In this document: one piece after another, positions 58,655 through 64,000 of the stretch
How the letters are laid out: every line of letters starts with the position of its first letter
How positions within the stretch are numbered: the stretch's first letter is position 1
DNA from: Azolla caroliniana
Taxonomy: Eukaryota > Plantae > Polypodiophyta
Assembly: GCA_043228905.1 (NCBI GenBank)
Contig: JBHGNT010000059.1
Location: 97,030-161,029 of the forward strand
Length of the DNA stretch: 64,000 bases
Direction of reading: 5' to 3'
Position numbers and translations under genes: made by a program
The notes under the pieces: generated by a model
What the model was told of the DNA's origin: nothing
What the model saw: the letters and a program-made list of their open reading frames with translations, nothing else
Databases searched by the model: none

Positions 58655-61600
58655 TCGTAAATAGTCCTTGAGTTGCTTAGATACCTCATCTTCTTCGGAT
58701 CGACTTAAGCGATACGGAGGTATACTTATTGGTGCAACACCAGGTACAATATCTATACGATGGTCTATATTACGTTTAGGAGGTAACCCATCAGGTAGTT
58801 CACTTGGAAAAACATCATGAAAATCATTTAAGATTTCATCAAGTTGTTGTTATTCAAAATATTTTAATTGAATCGGGACATTATCGATATTGTAAACGTG
58901 AATGTCCGGATCAAGTACACAATAAAATAACGTAGAACAAGACAACTCGGATATTGATGGACACGAGGAAACAATCGAGAGGGATTGTTTTTTTACACAT
59001 TGGATAAAATGCGTACAATCGTTCAGTACAAAAGAAATGGAATGACGAACCCAATCAATAAATAAAGAAGAGTTTTTATTATAAAACCAGGGATAACCCA
59101 GTATTACATCGGTGGTACAAAGATTCATTACATGGAAGTCTACTTCCTCTATATAAGTATCAATAGAAATTCCTAATGAATGAATCGCCCCGTTGATGTA
59201 TTGTACTCTTCCATCAGCCAAGTGCACCGTGTAAGTGTGATCACTTACGGTGGGTTGGATTCCCCATATCTAAACCAAACGATCATTCACAAAATTGTGT
59301 GAGCTTCCCGAATCAAATAAAAATTGTACGGGAGATCCATTGTGAGTAAATCATTGGGACCCAATACATAGTGAGGGAAAGAACATTGACAATTACTTAA
59401 ATGATGTGTATAGACCTGAAGGACATTAGGAATCTGACCTTTATGGTCTACAGCTTTAGCTTTGTTGTCGTGCTCTTTCCGTTGGAGCTTTCGACATTGA
59501 TCTTTTGTCTGACCCTTCTTTTTGCAGAATACACAAAAAGGATGTTGTCGCTTACAATCGCGATCCAGGAATTCGTTGGGTGTCTTGCGTTTCCCAACAA
59601 ATTGCGACTACTTAGTCCCGGGCGCTTCATTGGGTTTGTTATGGTCCTTCCTCGAAGTGCGTTGAACTATTTCAACGGCCTCTTCGAAGGATTTTGGATC
59701 CTTATCGTGCACTATCCAATGATAGTCCGAATTGGGGATGCCATTGACAAAACAAGCTATCAACCAATTGTCCCCTTCTAGACCCGATTTTTGGATTTGA
59801 GTTCTAGCATGGTGAACATAGTCTTCTAGCGAGGAAACTTTCCTGCTAGAGAGGTTCATTAAAGCTTGTGCTGCCTCGGTTCGAGAGGGAGGTTGTAGAA
59901 ATTGGCCCTTAAAAACCGTGACAAAATCTGTCCAGGTATCGGGCAATTTCCCCATAGTACGGAGGCCACGCCACTAGTACGGGATAGAGCTCAAAATGAG
60001 ACTCCCATCGTCCCAACCATGTGCAGATTGCTTCTTCGGTTCTTTCCTTTTTGTCTCCCGTAAATGGCTTAACGACAAATCATGGTTCACCTTGTCGCTC
60101 ATCAGGTCTATTAGTCTCACGTTGTAGACTAATGACACATGCCTCAAGAGCACTCTGAGATTGCCGAAGTTCGGTCATCTGTTGAGCGGTGAAACTAAGG
60201 TATTGGGTTATTTGTGCCAAATACATCTCAGTGGACATTTGTCCAGGAGGATTCCCTTGAGTTCCTTCCACTTGAGCGGATGACATCGGGTCATTAATTT
60301 GAGCCATTAAAAATTATTTCTGGAAAAGAAATAGGATAAGGTCAGAGATATAGTTATAACATCATGTCGTGATGTAAACATATCATGGGCGAGCATTAAT
60401 CCATATCATTATCTCACGTCAATACCCCTCTAGACATATGAGATGAGGTTTAAGATCAGGTTACTATGGTAACACAAAGGTGTCTTAATAAACCATGGAG
60501 GTGACAAATAAATATCTTTCCCTGATCTCTATATCGATTTTTTCATGGTGGCTCCCCGAGGTTCAACCATGTATGTTCGCGTCATGAATAGTTTGTACAC
60601 GAAAAAAAATGTTAACAATAAACTATGTTTCGGTGCCCACATAAGTGGTTTCGGCTCTTTAAGTCCTATTACGAGGACCCCGAGGTGCACTTAGAACTTA
60701 AGTCTAAACATGTATTATAGTCATATGTATCAAGGATGTTGTATGGTCTTGGTCATATTTGAACTCGAGACCTCGAGAACAAATACATTAAACACTTGAG
60801 CCAACCAAGTAAGTTGCTCTTCTTGAATGCTTAATGTTTGATGCGTATAAGTGATATGGGAGGCAATTGATCATATATGTTTTTTTTAAAAGAACATATA
60901 TGTCAAAGGTCCTTATTTCGCCCTCATTTACCAAAACTATGTTGGTACGTTACCTAACCTCAAGTCTCGTAACTATGTTGGTACGTTACCAAAACTATGT
61001 TGGTGCAACCTAATGGTCAAGCCAAATGAGCCCTCGTTTCGTAGTAGGCTCACGCGGGCCATCACATGGTCACGTCATTACGAATGCCTCTCATAAGAAC
61101 GAGCTCATGGTGGCATCGTATCCATGTAATGAGGGAGGGATGTTGGATACGTGCGTCATTGGAGCGACCTCACTTGAAGTGGGTCAAGCCCTACGTACTC
61201 AACATCATTATGGCTATTGGCGTTTCTTTACGTAACGAAATCGAGGTCATCAACGGGGTTATCAACAATAAAAAATTGTTGAAAAAGGGATGGTGACAAC
61301 ACCATTCTCACAAAAATGTGAGGACGGCCACCAACATCGTTTTCCCGACAAGGACAACTTTCGATATAATCACGTAATAACGAATATACACATATGTTTA
61401 CTTATCACATATATACGATCAAATACGTATATATGTGACCACATATGCCTATATTAAACATATCGTTATATTAAATAGCCACAAATGATGTGATTGAGAT
61501 GCGTAATCGAGGTATATACCTCCACAAATAAGAGATCATCGTAATACGCAATGGAGGTATTGACCTCTTACGCATACGAGACCAAACGCATATCGTTTAC

Positions 61601-62251
61601 AACAAATCAAGGTATTAAACTCATACGCAAACGTAACATATGTTCGTGAACGTAATACGTAATTGAGGTATTAACCTCGTACGCATACGACACTCATCAC
61701 ATATTATTAATATGTCAAACGAGGTATTGACCTCGTGCACATATGTAAACGTTTTAGATAATCAATTAAAGACCACTACAACATCATTGACTTAATGAAA
61801 AAAATTACATATAAACTAAACACATGATTAGATGGGATAAAGAAATGAAAGATAGAAAGGAGAAAGAGAAAGAAGGGTGCCGATCCACCCGACCACCCCC
61901 GAGAGGAGGGATCAAAACGGACTCGAGCCTCGATCGGCGTCCCATACCACCGCCGTGGCGTCGAGTCGTACCTGGTGCTGGCGCTCGCTACAAGAGTTGA
62001 CCAACCACACGAGCAGAGTCTCGATGTAGTTCAAAAGATGATCAAATGAGGTTAGCTAGGCCTCTTATTTATAGCGATACCCAAGGCCCCCAGGCAAGTT
62101 CACACTTGACCTAATGGGTTGTCTCAATTCCGAGGATTAAAAGTAATCCTCCCCTTCTTTACACTCTCGTTTAACCCTCACACTTATCCACGTGTATAGA
62201 ATACTACGGTAAATTCTAACCACGGGATATTATATGGTCATGCCCGTAACA

Positions 62252-62671
62252 GCGACGATCCCGTTCCTCTTCGGACTCTCTCTTGTTGTCTCCGTAGCGC
62301 CCCTCCTCGATGGACCCCTCGCGACGTCCCCCGCGCCTCTCCTCATCGAAATCCTCCTCCCTGCGTTGATCGCGCCTCTCCTCACGTGGCTCATCGCGAT
62401 CGCGATTGCGACGATCCCGGTCCTCATCCGACTCTCTCTTGTTGTCTCTGTAGCGTCTCTTATCGATGGATCCCTCACGACGTCCGCTGCGCCTCTCCTC
62501 GTCGACATCCTCCTCCCTACGTCGATCGCGTCTCTTCTCGTCAATGTCTCCCTCTCTTCGTCGATCGCGCCTCTCCTCTTCGCGATCCCGTCCTACAGAT
62601 CTAGCATTGGCCGCGCCGCAGGCGGCTAGCATGATAACTGCCATGAGGAATATGATAGTGAGCTTCGCCAT
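62252..62671 (-). pseudogene. 2S albumin-like copy 13, 5' half only (cut by LTR)
   Basis: ORF runs from the signal peptide into LTR sequence at 62251. Confidence 0.9.
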
Positions 62672-63792
62672 TGCTTGTGTTCGGAACTACACCGGTTCTC
62701 TCTCCGCCTATTTGAGTGTGTCATGGTTGATCCACAATTATATACACAAGGCCATGCATGTCTAGTACATGCATGCCCCTTCCCACGTCCATTCCTATAG
62801 ACGTTAATGGCATGATCCATACTTGGGCCACGGAAGAGACCATTCACTTTTCACCACCCCCCTTTACGTGTCCAGGATCCTCCTGCTTCGACCTACCATA
62901 TCACTAGCCCTATACTCACCTCCATCACACCAGGAGTGGGATTATGCACTTGGGCATTTCAAATCTACTAACCTATGGACGCTTCGTCCATATTGCAACG
63001 TAGACAGTATGTAACCTCATGATAGCCACCTACACATGTGATGCCATTGAGGTTGTAGAGTGCGTATGGGCCTCGTAAAACGAGGATAAGGTGGTGAGAA
63101 AAGGTTTTTAGGGTGTTGGTTCTCTCCACGAAAACGTTATTGGTGGTTGTGGCCACGAGGGAGTTTAGAATCCATTGCGACCAACATACGGACGACGACA
63201 CACGTTTTCATTGTGATTACAAGATCCGTCGTCGTTGTGGACGCTGCAACCACCGGAGGAATATGAAGGTGGCACCATTCAAGGACAACATTTCTAGGTG
63301 AAACATGCGTGGGCTGGTTGGTTCACACGATGATGAAAATGGTAGATAGACATGGGAATGTCATGTGGAATCATGTTTGTAGTAGGAGTTACGATCAGCC
63401 ACTACTATTGCGCACATCATGGTACGGCGAGAGACGAAATTGTATGAGGGTGGCTTCAATACAACATTGTGATGGCATCGACGTTTGACGAGTTTCACGT
63501 TGCTCGTGAGAGAGATAGCGATAGATGGATAGAGATAGATATAGGTAGGGTGGGAGTGGGTAGTGTGCGTGTGGGCACGTTACCTAATCATGTGTGCGTG
63601 GAGGTTCATTTTGCTTGTGCAATGAGCGAGCGAGGGCACGCGATCTGATCGTGCGTGCGTGCGTGCGTGTTGTGCGCGAGCGTGGGAGAAATATCATCGA
63701 GAGGGTTATGAGAACGTCAAGACACCACAGAGCACACCATTTACATTTACGATGTTCAGAAAGTGTATAGTTGAAAAAGTTATATACGTTCT

Positions 63793-63929
63793 TTAAAAGT
63801 GGCAAATACAAGCGCGTGGGCGAAGATCACATTGTTGGAGAAGGCGAGAGGTTGCCACGCTTAGAAGTTGTTGCTCCTCACCGGCCTTGAAACGATGACG
63901 TTGTTCCTCATCTTGTCGTCCGGTCATGC
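63793..63929 (-). pseudogene. 2S albumin-like copy 14, 3' end only, interrupted by LTR
   Basis: C-terminal codons, then LTR sequence from 63930. Confidence 0.85.
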
Positions 63930-64000
63930 TATTATAGATCTAGGTACTAAAGTAAGCTTAAGATAAGGATAAAGAAATGAAAGATAGAAAGGAGAGATAG
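63930..64000 (-). mobile_element. End of another chromovirus-type LTR (continues beyond window)
   Basis: Reverse complement of ~50994-51064 (…TACTTTAGTACCTAGATCTATAATA). Confidence 0.85.

Larger units (their letters stand above)
55831..62251 (-). mobile_element. Degenerate chromovirus-type Ty3/Gypsy element (partial LTRs 55831-55983 and ~61835-62251)
   Basis: gag fragments 59608-60307, PR 58850-59227, RT-RH 57278-58654, INT+chromodomain 55971-57332, PPT AAAAAGGGGGAG; stops and frameshifts; PBS deleted. Confidence 0.9.
1..64000 (-). repeat. Tandem gene array, ~2186-2200 bp unit (2S-albumin-like gene + promoter + spacer), 14 visible copies, interrupted by TEs and probably extending beyond the window
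   Basis: Near-identical 358-aa ORFs recur with spacing of 2200 (9734, 11934, 14134; 28561, 30761) or 2186 (14134, 16320, 18506); flanking noncoding DNA is repeated as well. Confidence 0.97.

Overview
Eukaryotic (plant, most plausibly a non-seed plant such as a fern; inference) genomic DNA. The backbone is a head-to-tail tandem array of a ~2.19-2.20 kb unit carrying an intronless, minus-strand gene for a 358-aa secreted Arg/Glu/Asp-rich 2S-albumin-like (prolamin superfamily) storage protein with an RY/ABRE promoter. There are 14 visible copies: 9 intact, 3 full-length pseudogenes and 2 truncated, and one more copy has been deleted. The array is invaded by (i) an intact, young Ty3/Gypsy element (2182-9505; 4-bp TSD, tRNA-Trp PBS, probable -1 frameshift between gag-PR and RT-RH-INT); (ii) a concatemer of related non-autonomous gag-only LTR elements (20615-27982) whose LTRs embed a tRNA-like A/B-box module and which shows a 2-LTR end-joining junction; (iii) a 12.1-kb TIR DNA transposon (32915-45001; 25-bp TIRs, ATTT TSD) with a spliced Sola2-type transposase plus a spliced RING-finger cargo gene and an FCP1-like pseudo-phosphatase cargo gene, whose long introns are arrays of the palindrome AGCTAATTAGCT also found at the element ends; and (iv) several rearranged pieces of a chromovirus-type Gypsy family with TG...TA LTRs. 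The cargo-carrying Sola2-like element and the tRNA-like-LTR gag-only concatemer are the strongest candidates for undescribed systems.
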